This document shows positions 12,567 to 24,598 of a DNA stretch of 64,000 nt, in pieces. Numbering within the stretch: the stretch's first letter is position 1; every line of letters starts with the position of its first letter. The stretch spans positions 41,285,540 through 41,349,539 of the forward strand of contig NC_068991.1 of assembly GCF_001194135.2 (NCBI RefSeq), in the 5' to 3' direction. The notes under the pieces were generated by a model. It was not told where the DNA came from. It was given only the letters and a program-made list of their open reading frames with translations, and did no database searches. Source of the stretch: Octopus bimaculoides. Its lineage: Eukaryota. A program made the translations under genes and the position numbers.

Positions 12567-13929
12567 ACACACACACACACACACATGCACAAGTAAGGTG
12601 AAACATGTAGCAACTAATAATTTACACTTATGTTTATCATAATTTTACAGTACATATGCTCTGTATATCATAACTAGTAACACTGCCAAGTACAGTGGTA
12701 GATTAACCACTATACAGGAAGCTGACTAGATAATGATAATCTACATGTGGCTCTAACTCATACAATACCAGTTGTACATTTAAATGTACAGACAATGTGC
12801 GTGTGCGGGTGTGTGTGTGTGTGCATGTGTGTGTTTATATATATATTTGATTTTTTTTCTATTGCAAATTATTAACCATAGTTTAACTTATACATCATGC
12901 CAGAAACTGAAGTGATGTACAAGTTAATATTACTATATATAATTCTAAACATAGAACTTATATTAAATTTTGGGGTAGAACAATCTTGCTTGCCCTAATG
13001 AAATTAGTACTTGTAACTTATTGATATCAGGTGTAAGAATTATGACTTTGTCTTGTGGCAAATGTATGTTTTGTTAAGGCAAATAAATTAATGTTTTGTG
13101 TTTGTTTGCATGTGTGTGTGTACATGAAAATATTTATGTAAATATACATAATTCCATATTTCCATGCATATGTGCAATTATGTACACCTAAACTCTATTT
13201 GTAAAATATGTTTTTTTTTATATGTGTATATAACATAGCCTAGTGGATAATAACATTGGAACTAGCCATATTTGAAATGAAGTTCAATCCCTGTCTGAGA
13301 ACATGTATATAAACCTGGCCAGTGTGTCTCTTCATGATGAATGGAAATCAAATCTTTTTAATTATGTATGTGTGTGTATTTAAAATACTTAGTAAAAGTT
13401 ACTAAATTGAAAGTTATTTGGGTAGTATACTTTTATGTCTGCTTCCTTTATGATCACCATTTCATAGTATATGTATTGGATATGTAAATGTATATACTCA
13501 TTTTCAAAAGCAGACTCTTAATATCCAAGCACCTGCTTTCTAATGCTCAAATAAATGTGAATATTAAAAACAATTATCTGAATGAATTGCTTCTTTTTTG
13601 CTACTGGAATAATTATATCAGGTTAAAAATCTCTTTGAAAGATGTTAAAAGAATTTTTTTTATCTGATGATTGTTAAGTTAACATGTCGTCTTAACATAG
13701 TCCCCTAACCAAAGTATTTAACATGGAGAAAATGCATTGAACCATATTTAACTTAGTCTTATTTCTTATTCATATCTTAATGTTTTAATAATTCTAAAGG
13801 TATTCAAAGTATTTGGATTAGCAAGGTTACGGATTAATAGTGACAGTTAAGTGCAAGTGTATAGCCTTCCTTTTATGTCTCATTCCTTTACATATATTCT
13901 TATCATCATGATTTTGTATCTATCTATCT

Positions 13930-16900
13930 ATCATCATCATCATCATTTAACGTCCGCTTTCCATGCTAGCATGGGTTGGACGATTTTACTGAGGACTTGC
14001 GAACTAGGCTCCAATCTGATCTGGCAGAGTTTCTACAGCTGGATACCCTTCCTAATGCCAACCACTCTGAGAGTGTAGTGGGTGCTTTTACATGCCACCG
14101 GCACGAGGGACAGTCAGGTGGTACAGTTAACGTCCACACTCAAATGGTGTTTTTTCCGTACCACCTGCACAGGAGCCAGTCCAGCAGCACTGGCAATGAC
14201 CTCGCTTGAATGTTTTTTCACATGCCACTGGCACAAGTGCCAGTAAGGCGACGCTGGTAATGATCACGCTCAAACGGTGCTATTTACGTGCCACCGGCAC
14301 AGAAGCAAGACAGCTGCTCTGGCAACGATCACTCTTGGATGGTGCGGTTAGCATTCCACTGGCATGGGTGCCAGTCATTGAATTTGGTTTGATTTCGATT
14401 TTACTTGCCCCAACAGGTCTTCGCAAGCAGTTTAGTGTCCAATGAAGGAAAGGTTGGCACGGGTGCCAGTCGTCGAATTTGGTTCGATTTTGATTTCACT
14501 TGCCTTAACAGATCTTTGCAAGTAGAGTTTAGTGTCCAATGAAGGAAACGTACGCATAAGTGGGCTGGCTACACCCCTGGGAAAGGCCACAGGTTATGGT
14601 CTCACTTGGCTTGTCGGGTCTTCTCACACACAACATATTTCCAAAGGTCTTGGTCACAAGTCATTGCCTCGGTGAGGCCTAATGTTCAGAGGTCGTGCTT
14701 CACCACCTCACCCTAGGCCTTCCTGGGCCTGCCTCTTCCATGGGTTCCCTCAACCGCTAGGGTGTGGCACTTTTTCACACAGCTATCCTCATCCATTTTC
14801 GCCACATGTCCATACCAGTGCAATCGTCTCTCTTGCACCCCACAACTGATCCTTTTTACGTTCAACTTTTCTCTCAAGATACTTACACTCTGTTGGGTAT
14901 GCACACTGACATTACTCATCCATCGGAGAATACTGGCTTCATTCCTTGCAACCTTACGCATATTGTCAGCAGTCACGGCCCATGTTTCACTACCATGTAG
15001 CATGGCATGTTCTTACACATGCGTCATACAGTCTGCCTTTTAATCTGAGTGAGAGGCCCTTTGTCACCAGCAGAAGTAAGAGCTCTCTGAACTTTGCCCA
15101 GGCTATTTTTATTCTAGCAGCTACACTTTCAGCGCACCCTCCCCTACTACTAACTTGGTCACCCAGATATCGGAAGCTATCAACTACGTCCAGTTTTTCT
15201 CCCTGGAATGTGACAGATGTTGTCTTCTGCACATTTTCAGTGTTTATTGCACCTGAACATCTGCTACATACAAAAACTAACTTTCTAGTTAACCTGCCTT
15301 TGATATTGCTGCACCTCTTATGTGTCCATAGCTTGCACCGGGTACATCTTATAGAGTTTCTACCTACACCTTTTCTACAGATCGAGCAGGGCCATCTACC
15401 TGAAGGGGTTTGTGTTTTGTCTACCTTCCTACTTATTAGGACTTTGGTTTTAGCTAGGTTGACTCTAAGGCCCTTCGATTCTAGTCCCTGCTTCCACACC
15501 TGAAACTTCTCCTATAGTTCTGATAGTGACTCAGAAATTAGTGCAATGTCATCAGCATAGAGGAGCTCCCAGGGGCATCCTGTCTTGAATTCCTCTGTTA
15601 TCGCCTGTAGGACTATGATAAATAGGAGGGGGCTGAGGACAGAACCTTGGTGGACCCCTACCTCTACCTGGAATTCTTCACTGTACTCATTGCCAACCCT
15701 CACCTTACTGACAGCGTCTCTGTACATGGCTTTCACAGTTCTCACTAAGCATTCTTCTATCCCTAGTTTCCTCATTGACCACCAGATAAGGGATCGGGGG
15801 ACCCTCTCAAAGGCTTTCTCCATGTCAACGAAAGTCAGGTACAGAGGTTTATCCTTGGCTAAGTATTTCTCCTGCAGCTGTCTTACCAGAAATATAGCAT
15901 CAGTGGTGCTTTTCCCTGGCACGAATCCAAACTGCATCTCATCTAAACTGACTCGCTCCCTAATTAGTTAGGCTATGACCCGCCCCGTGACTTTCATTAC
16001 CTGATTTAACAACTTGATACCTCTGTAATTATTTGTATCTAAAGCGTCACCTTTACCTTTGTAACAGTTGACTATGGTGCTGCTACACCAGTCATTGGGT
16101 ATGACTTCTTCGTGTATCACCTGGTTAACAATTCAGGTGACTAGGCTATAGCCGACACTGCCAGATATTTTGAGCATCTCTGCAGTGATTCCTGATGGGC
16201 TGGGGGCTTTCCTTGTCTTCATACTCCTAATAGCTTTATCTACCATGGTACTGTCAACTCGAATCGCTGGTCCCTCTGTTGGGCATCCATTTTGCCTTGA
16301 TCCCGAAGTCGCTAACTACTAATCTGTGTTGAGGGGTACATTCTTCGCCAGGTAAGGTTTTGGCATTTATAAGCCGCCCTCTTTACCTATTTCTGGCGAG
16401 GATGTAGTCGATTTGGCTAGAGTGTCTGCCGGAACGGTAGGTGACTATATGACAGGCAGGTTTCCTGAAGTTGGTATTGCAAACCATAAGATCATTTGCA
16501 TCTCAGAACTCCAGCAGTCTGGTTCCCTCCTCATTATGGGAACCAAAGCCATAGCCTCCATGAATGCCATGGAAGCCCGCTGCATGACGTCCAACATAAC
16601 CATTGAAATCACCAGCCACAAAGAGAAGGTCCCTGTCATTCGTCAATGAGGTAGTTTGCAGGAAGGTGTCGTAGAATTGGTCTTTCTGCCCATCCGGTAG
16701 CCCCGTTCAAGCATCTCAACAATCTCACCAGACCTACCTTTCAGTGTGCCGACATTGAGAGTGCCAATTCTGACTGTGTGGGAGGTGTGGGTGTTGGAAG
16801 AGTGGGCCTGTGTGACCCTGGGATGGGGGAAAGCAGTGTTATATACCTGAAAAGAAAGCTTGCATTTGGCAGAATTCATAAACAAAATACCTACAGCCTG
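13930..16900 (-). mobile_element. RTE-clade LINE, long degraded copy (endonuclease start, RT, 3' UTR, (GAT)n tail)
   Basis: ORFs 16643-16903 (VRIGTLNVGTLKGRSGEIVEMLER, APE start), 15512-15937 (QFGF..KSTTDAIF, FVDMEKAF, VGVHQGSVLSP, YADD), 14990-15499, 14713-15003 (GRGRPRK); stops and frameshifts; catcatcat tail at about 13930. Confidence 0.92.
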
Positions 16901-17002
16901 CATACACTACACAATCTTTATGCGCTATAAGGTCGATAAAACCCAGGACTGGACCAAGCTCCAATCTGATCTGGCGGAGTTTCTACAGCTGGATGCCCTT
17001 CC

Positions 17003-17102
17003 NNNNNNNNNNNNNNNNNNNNNNNNNNNNNNNNNNNNNNNNNNNNNNNNNNNNNNNNNNNNNNNNNNNNNNNNNNNNNNNNNNNNNNNNNNNNNNNNNN
17101 NN
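17003..17102. other. Assembly gap (other gaps: 23415-23424, 27588-27925, 30799-30881, 42743-43258, 44309-44356, 53211-53314)
   Basis: Runs of N, mostly flanked by (TA)n; ORFs crossing them are artefacts. Confidence 1.
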
Positions 17103-17292
17103 ATATATATATGTATGTATATATATATATATGTATGTATATATGTATATAGGTACATATATATATATGTATATATGTATATACATATATATATATCTAT
17201 ATATGTATATATATCTGTGTATATATGTGGGTATATATATATGTGTATATATGTATGTATATATGTATATACATGTTTTTACATATATATAT

Positions 17293-17460
17293 AGCCCTGA
17301 TCCCGAAGTCGCTAAATGTGAGGGGTACATTCTTCGCCTGGGAAGGTTTTGACATTTATAAACAACCCTCGTTCGCTTTTTCTGGCAAGGATGTAGTCAA
17401 TTTGTCTAGTGTGTCTGTCAGAATGGTAGGTGACTAGGTGACTGGCAGCTTTCCTGAAGC
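17293..17460 (-). mobile_element. RTE fragment, paralogous to 16297-16480
   Basis: 'tgatcccgaagtcgcta...gaggggtacattcttcgcc...tttcctgaag' matches the endonuclease-region segment of the neighbouring RTE. Confidence 0.75.
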
Positions 17461-18699
17461 GGGTATTTCCCCACTGGATGGGATGCCGGTCCATTGCAAG
17501 ATTTCTCATTTCCTCCAGCAGAGTAGACTGAAGCAACATGAAACAAACATACACTTTGCCAGGCATTCTGTACCATTTGCTAATTAACCCAAATATACAA
17601 AAGTGTAATAGTGTATGAATGAGGACAGAGTCAACTACAATGAGATAGGAGGTCAATCATTCTAATCAAATGTTGAGATTTTTGTTCATGATAATAATGT
17701 TGTGTACTTTGATTTCTCTTTCTAATTACGATTGTTTTACTGATTTTAGCCAACCCAGTTCAAAGTAGAACTGACACAAAATATCAGCAAAATGTAACTG
17801 GGATATCTTTAGAACTCTATTACCAAAATCGCTGATATACTTTTATTCCCTTTATATGTATATATATATGTGTTTATTCCCTTTAGATATGTATGTGCGT
17901 GTGTTTTAGACAAATACAGAAAATAAAATGACAGCCACTGCTGTCACCATCTCTCCACTCGCCAACCACAAAAATTATTATAGGCTCCTCCTCCCACCAC
18001 TACTACTGCTGTTATCATCATCATGGTCGTCATCCTCCTCCACACTGCCACCACCACTATCACTACCATTATCATCATCTTCTACCTCCTCATCATACTA
18101 CCACTAACATCACCACTATATTTTTTTCCCCTCATTGCTTAGATTGATTGTATTTATCATTGTGCTTTCCAATGGATTAATGTCTGAATATATGTACTTT
18201 TATTTTTTATTCTTTAACTGGTTTCAGTCATTGGACAACAGCTATGCGGGGGTATCATCTTCAAGAATTTTACTTGTTTATATCAATCTCAGTGCTTATT
18301 TCAGTGTAGTACTTATTACATTGATCTCTCTTCATTGACTGGTAAAGTTTTACCATTTTAGTATAAAGGGACATAAGTAGATACAGCGATTTACAATGAC
18401 ATGCATGCACATATCTAAATATAAGCTGACATGTCATTGCAGTTTCTGTAGAGCAAATTTTCAGTCACAAACTTTTGGTCAACCAGTGGCAACATTGGAT
18501 TCATTTAAGATGCATTGCAGTGTGATCAAACCGGGAACTGTGTGGTTATGAAGCAAATTTATAGTCATATGACTATTTCTACATCAATGAGTATTTGTAT
18601 GCAAGTGTGACTATAAGTATGACTATGTGCCTATTTGTATGTATGTTTGTGTTGTGTGAATTCAGATGAGAATGTGAAAAATGAAAAAAATTTAAATAA

Positions 18700-19405
18700 T
18701 AATAATTCTTTCTAATTTTGGCACAAGGCCAACTTTTTGGTGGAAGGGAGCTAGTCACTTATATTGACCTCAGTTCTCAACTGGTACTTATTTTATTGAC
18801 TCCAAAAGGATGAAAGGCGAAGTTGACCTTTGCAACATTTGAACTCAGAATGTAAAGAGTAGGAAGAACTGCTGTTAAGTATTTTGTCTGCCATGATGAT
18901 CAATCTGCCAGCTCACCAGCTTTAATAATGATATCCTTTTTTACTATAGGCACAAGGCCTGAAATTTAGGGGGAGCTAGTCCTTTACATTGACCCCAGTA
19001 CTCAACTGGTTATTTCAGCAACCCTGAATGGATGAAAAGCAAAGTTGACCGTAGCAAAATAATTTGAACTCAGAACATAAAGGTGGAAGTATCCGACATG
19101 CAAATGATTTTGCCTATAATACTGATTTCAAATTTTTACACAAAGCCAGCAAGTTCAGGGAAGGGGTTAAGTTGATTACATCGACCCCAGTGTTCAACTT
19201 ATTTTTATCCAACATGCTAATGATTCTGCCAATAATAATAATAATAATAATCCTTTCTGCAATAGGCACAAGGCCTGAAATCTCAGGGATGGGGTAGTTG
19301 ATTACATTGACCCCAGTACTCAACTAGTATTTAATTTATTGACCCTGAAAGATGAAAGGCAAAGTTGACCTTGGTGGAATTTGAACCCAAAACATAAAGA
19401 TGGAC

Positions 19406-19461
<56 letters not shown>

Positions 19462-20485
19462 TTTTCTACTATAGGCACACGGCCTGAAATTTGGTGGGAG
19501 GGGACTAGTTGATTACATGGACCCCCAACTGGTACTCATTCTATCGACCCTGAAAGGATGAAAGGCAAAGTCGACCTCAGCGGAATTCGAACTCAGAATG
19601 TAGCAACAGATGAAATACAAACTCAGAATGTAGCAACAGATGGACTAAATGCTGCAAAGCATTTTGTCTGGTGTGCTAACGATTCTGCCAGCTCACTGCC
19701 TGTATAATAATAATCCTTTCTACTGGTAGCAGAAGGCCTCAAATTTGGGGGAAGGGATTAAGTCGATTACATCAACCCCAGTGCATAGCTGGTACTTATT
19801 TAATCAATCCTGAAAGGACAAAAGGCACAGTCGATCTCAACGGAATTTGTACTCAGAATGTAGCAACAGATGAAATACTGCTGAGCATTTTACCTGGCAT
19901 GCTAACGATTCTGCCAGCTCGCCACCTTTAATAATAGTAATAATAATAATAATAATCTTTTCTACTATAGGCACAAGGCCTGAAATTTGGTGGGAGGGGG
20001 CCAGTTGATTAGATTGGCTCCAGTATGTAACTGGTACTTAATTTATCAACCCTGAAAGGATGAAAGGCAAAGTTGACCCCAGTGGAATTTGAACTCAGAA
20101 CATGAAGACAGACGAAATACCACGAAGCATTTTGCCCGGCATGCTAACGACTCTGCCAGCTTGCTGCCTTTAATAATCATAATAATAATAATAATGATGT
20201 TTCAGATTTTGGTTCAAGACCAGCAGGAGGGTGTTAGTCAATTACATTGACCACAATACTTCACTGGTACTTTATTTTTTCAACCCTGAAGGGATGAAAG
20301 ATAAAATTGACCTAGGCAGGTTTTGAACTCAGAAAAATAGTCAAAACAAAATACTGCAAAGTACTTTTTTCTTGACAGTCTAGCAATTCTACTAATCCAC
20401 TGCAACACCGACCCAGCACGTTAAAATGGATGAAATGCTGCAAAGCATTTTGCCTGACATGCTAACGATTCTGCCAGCTCATCAC
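18700..20485 (-). repeat. Head-to-tail array of about 8-9 tRNA-headed SINE copies separated by (AAT)n
   Basis: Recurrent 'ggcacaaggcctgaaattt...gattacat.gacccc...aaaggatgaaaggcaaagt.gacc...gaactcagaa...ctgccagctc' units, tail motif near 18720, 18949, 19140, 19265, 19473, 19727, 19970, 20210. Confidence 0.85.
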
Positions 20486-21408
20486 CTACTAATAACTACA
20501 ACAAAACAAGGCTCTGAAAGGTCCATTACCACCTCTACCGTCTATTAGATCACTAAAATAACAGAAAAAAAATTATTCACTATTTCTAGGGAGTTTTTGG
20601 AGCAGAGTCTATTTCCTGGGTCCTCTTCAAGCTTAATGCAGTTGTGTACCTGCCACATGTGAAAACTACTATAACTGTTAGCCATGTCACCTCTTGTGCA
20701 TCCATAATTTATACTGAGCACACTGAATGGAGTTTTTACTCACTACTTTTCTGCATATTCAGCACATTTCCCTGATGGTAGTAGAGTCCTGTCTTTTTTT
20801 TTCTTTCTTCTAAGTATTAACAACAGCTAGCAGGGTAGTATACCATGCTCTAGACATTACAATGGTTCTAGTAAGATTTAAAACTGATAAACATGTTGTC
20901 AACAGTTGAATACCTTCCACAGAATCATTTATGTCTCTAATAATACTAAATATGATAGTATTTCTTACTAATGTACATTAGTGGTTTTGCTTATTTCATT
21001 CGTTTTTGTCTGTTTTTTCTTGTTATGTGGGTTACATAAATATGTTATTGAGGCATAGTTTTACAGCCAGCTACCTGTCTCAATGCTAATTCATATCTGT
21101 TTTTCAAGTAAGAGAACTCTTATTCTACATGGCTTCAAAGTAGGAATGATTTGACAGAAGTGTCAAGAAAAACACTGCTGGAAATTGTGTCTTTCATATA
21201 AGTGAACATGGGTGTAAACAAACACAGACACACATGTGCATGCAAACACACACACACATGACAGGTGTCTTGAGGTCCTCCATCAACCAAATTTATCCAC
21301 AAGGCTTTAGTTGGCTCAGGGCTATGACAAGATTCTGTACCAAGGGACTGAACCTGAAATTACATGGTTAGGAAGTTCACTTCTTAACCAAATAGCTATG
21401 CTATTTAT

Positions 21409-21451
<43 letters not shown>

Positions 21452-21603
21452 AAAAGAAAAGTTATTCAATCAATTGTTTTAAAGCTTGCTCTCTTTTAAG
21501 TTCAAATTCTGAAAACAATTTTTTTTGAAAATTAAAGATTACATATACAAACAGTATCTCATTCAAGTATACCAATCATCAACAGAAGTAAAAATTTGGG
21601 AGT

Positions 21604-21609
21604 TTTATT
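21604..21609 (-). terminator. Candidate AATAAA polyadenylation signal of COX20
   Basis: tttatt on + strand about 280 nt past the COX20 stop; second copy at about 21613-21618. Confidence 0.45.
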
Positions 21610-21886
21610 GTCTTTATTATTTCATTTTGATAAATAGTAGAGTCAGATATTCAACATGTTAAGTACATGGCAGGCATTAAAAAAGATCCCACCCCAACAA
21701 AAAAACCCAAAGTGATGTAGTTGTTTTAAGCGCGTTCAACCAAATTTCTGGTTTAAACTCTATTTTGATTTACACACACACACACACACAAAAAGTGGAC
21801 GAAGGGACATAACTATGTGATTCAATTATCATTACAGTAATTGAGATTTAGTCCGAGTCTAATAGGATAAAAATATTGTTTAACAA

Positions 21887-22004
21887 CTATGTTTTTGGCA
21901 AGTTACTTTCTTTTTCAACATTTTGGAATACAGCTGTTTGAAAGGCTTGTCGTATTTCTCGCTGTTGAAATTTCATTTTAGAGTAGTTGTATCGGCAGAA
22001 AGAC
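21887..22004 (-). CDS. COX20: COX20 exon 4 (last)
   Basis: cctttgtag|G TCT TTC TGC CGA TAC AAC TAC...TAG; (W)SFCRYNYSKMKFQQREIRQAFQTAVFQNVEKESNLPKT* matches COX20 'W..CRY.Y...R.QQ..I'. Confidence 0.92.
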
Positions 22005-22694
22005 CTACAAAGGAGGAAACAGACAGATGAATCACTGGAATAAATGTTTAATCTTTTCATTATTATATTTTTATTGAAATACACTGTCTTTGTTTCAATT
22101 AATATTGAAAGTAATGAAGAATTTAGTAAAATAACTGTGTTGCTTTTCAGAATAATGAGAAATTTTGACTGGTTTTAATTTAAGCCAAGAAGTTTGTATG
22201 ATACAACCAGGGGCAGACTTAGGCAGTTTGAAATCAAAAGGGTTAACTTCTATCGTGATCATCACCAAGATCATCAACCTGCACCAGCAGAACCACCACC
22301 ATTTTAGCATCCACATTTGCTTGGGTTAGGTACAATTTGTTGTGGCAGATTTTCTCTGATATAATGCTCTTTGTCACTAATCTTTACTTGTTTCCAAGCA
22401 AAGTCGTATTTCCCTGTTGTTGGACATGCATACATAGGGAATTCGAAACAAACAGCACACTTGTACGACAGTGACACTTTGTTTACAATTTTCACCACAT
22501 GGTGTCAAGACAAGGAGTCACAAACACATGCATACATGTGTACACATGTATGTATATAAATATATGTGTTTATACATGCATATGTACATACATATGTACA
22601 CGCGTGTACACACACACACAAAATGAACTTCTTTCAGTGTCTATCTGGTTCAGGGCTATAGAAGAAGAAACCCGCCCATCCACCTGCCTGTCTG

Positions 22695-22975
22695 CCTGCC
22701 CCAAAACCATCATAGTTGCTGGAAACTTAGTATGCATCACTCTGGAGACATGGGAAGAATCTGCACATAAACATCTGTCACTTTTGTTAGACTTTTGGTC
22801 TTGGTGGAAGTTCTCATCAGAAAAGAACCAAAGCATGCCGTGTTTGTGAGGGTTTCTTTAACCTTGTTAAGTAACTACTTGGCAGGGTCAAACAGCTTTC
22901 TTCTGTTTTTGCAGACATAAACTGGCCTCTCCTCAGTATATGCAACATATATTGAATGTCCTCATGCATCACTGT
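22695..22975 (-). mobile_element. Tc1/mariner (DD37D/maT-like) transposase fragment
   Basis: ORF 22570-22836: MLWFFSDENFHQDQKSNKSDRCLCADSSHVSRVMHTKFPATMMVLG matches 'WFFSDEK.F.QDQ..N..NDRW.......P.VM.TKFPA.VMVLG'; upstream 'MHEDI.Y' and 'LLNK.K' in shifted frames. Confidence 0.75.
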
Positions 22976-23377
22976 TCTGATAAACAACTTCAACATCTGA
23001 AGTTCTCTGGCAAGGGGCCTTCACTAATTTTCTGGGGACATTACTGATAATGTTTTGAAATCAATTGTGGTGTCTTTAACAGTATCAGAACAGGTAGAAT
23101 GGTTTTTCACTTTGATATAGTTGAAACATTCCCACTAGAAGCTTCCAATTCCATCTGAACTTTGTGTACAAAAGATCTTGCAGTATTTAGAAAGGTAGTA
23201 ATTTCTAAATTGCAGTGTTACAGAAATATGTCAACAATAGCAGCATGTCTTCATTTCTTGTGTTAACATTGTATCTGACACTGAGGATCTGAAAGAAATA
23301 AAAACCTTTTAGTTGGTTTGAAGAGAGTGATATACTGATAATTAAACATCCTCATATACCCCTTGTATCATGCATGC

Positions 23378-23414
<37 letters not shown>

Positions 23415-23424
23415 NNNNNNNNNN

Positions 23425-23466
<42 letters not shown>

Positions 23467-24540
23467 ATGTATTTTCTTACACATATGTTTCAGATAAAAC
23501 CCTTAACTCTGAAGAAAGACTCTGTCTGAAACATTGGATAATCTACTCCTCTCAGCAATTTCACTGTACTCTTCATTGCTGTTCTCAAATAATACAAGTC
23601 TTACAATGCAGACCACTACCACCAACATAATTCTCTTTGGACTCTGTTTTATCCAAAAAAATAACCAACATGCCATGACTGCTACAGTTTTGCACAATGA
23701 GTGTAAAGAAGTCTGAGTAATATAACCAAGGTTCAAGACTTACAGCTTGCTTTGAAGCCTTTATATAGCAGACACTATATCATAGGTCTACATGAACTGA
23801 AATGATTTAGGAGACTCAACCAAATCAACAACTACTGCATAGCAGAGGCTATTGTATTCCATGCTGGTTGGACAGTTTGACAAGGATCCAATGAGTCATG
23901 GACCAAATCATACTCCAGTGTTTGATTTGGCTTGGTTTCTGCAGTTGGATACCCTTCCTAATGCCAACCACTTTACAATGTGTACTGGGTACTTTTTTCA
24001 TGCCACCAGCACTATTGAGGGCACAATGTAGCTTGAAAGGCAATAAACCCAGGGAAGGAAGATGTTGCTTCTGTATGCTAGATAGGGGTTAAGGTATGAG
24101 GGAAGGATCTGCAGTTGATGGTATGATGTGGGGGAATTGATTGATTAGGGTGCTCACACACCATCTATACACACAGTCATATGTATGCATATATGTACAA
24201 TATACCCCTAAGCAGAGCTTTTAGAAGTCAGTTTCATTATGATGGGTGGGCTTTCATTAGAACCTTGCATCACCAGATATCCTGGTCCTTTGTCATTTCC
24301 TCTGTGAGGCTCAGGGTTCTAAGGTTACACTTCATTTCATCCTATGTCTTCCTAGGTCTTCTTTGTCCACAGCCTCCAGTCACATTCAGTGATCCACATT
24401 GTGTCCTCATCTATAACCATCACATGTCTGTACCAGTGCAGTCTTCTTTCTTGTACTCTATATCTAATTCTTCTTATGCCTAGTCTTTCTCTCGGTACAT
24501 TTATAATATGACATTCATATATATCTGTGTGAGTGTGTGC

Positions 24541-24597
<57 letters not shown>

Positions 24598-24598
<1 letters not shown>

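Noticed and set aside
22304-22498. Cys-containing 64-aa ORF (YKCAVCFEFPMYACP) as a zinc finger
   Set aside because: Ligand spacing matches no family I can name; intronic and without splice support.
23495-23560. CTGAAGA...GAAA with a 4-bp stem (possible third hammerhead)
   Set aside because: No register gives both an NUH triplet with helix III pairing and a helix I.
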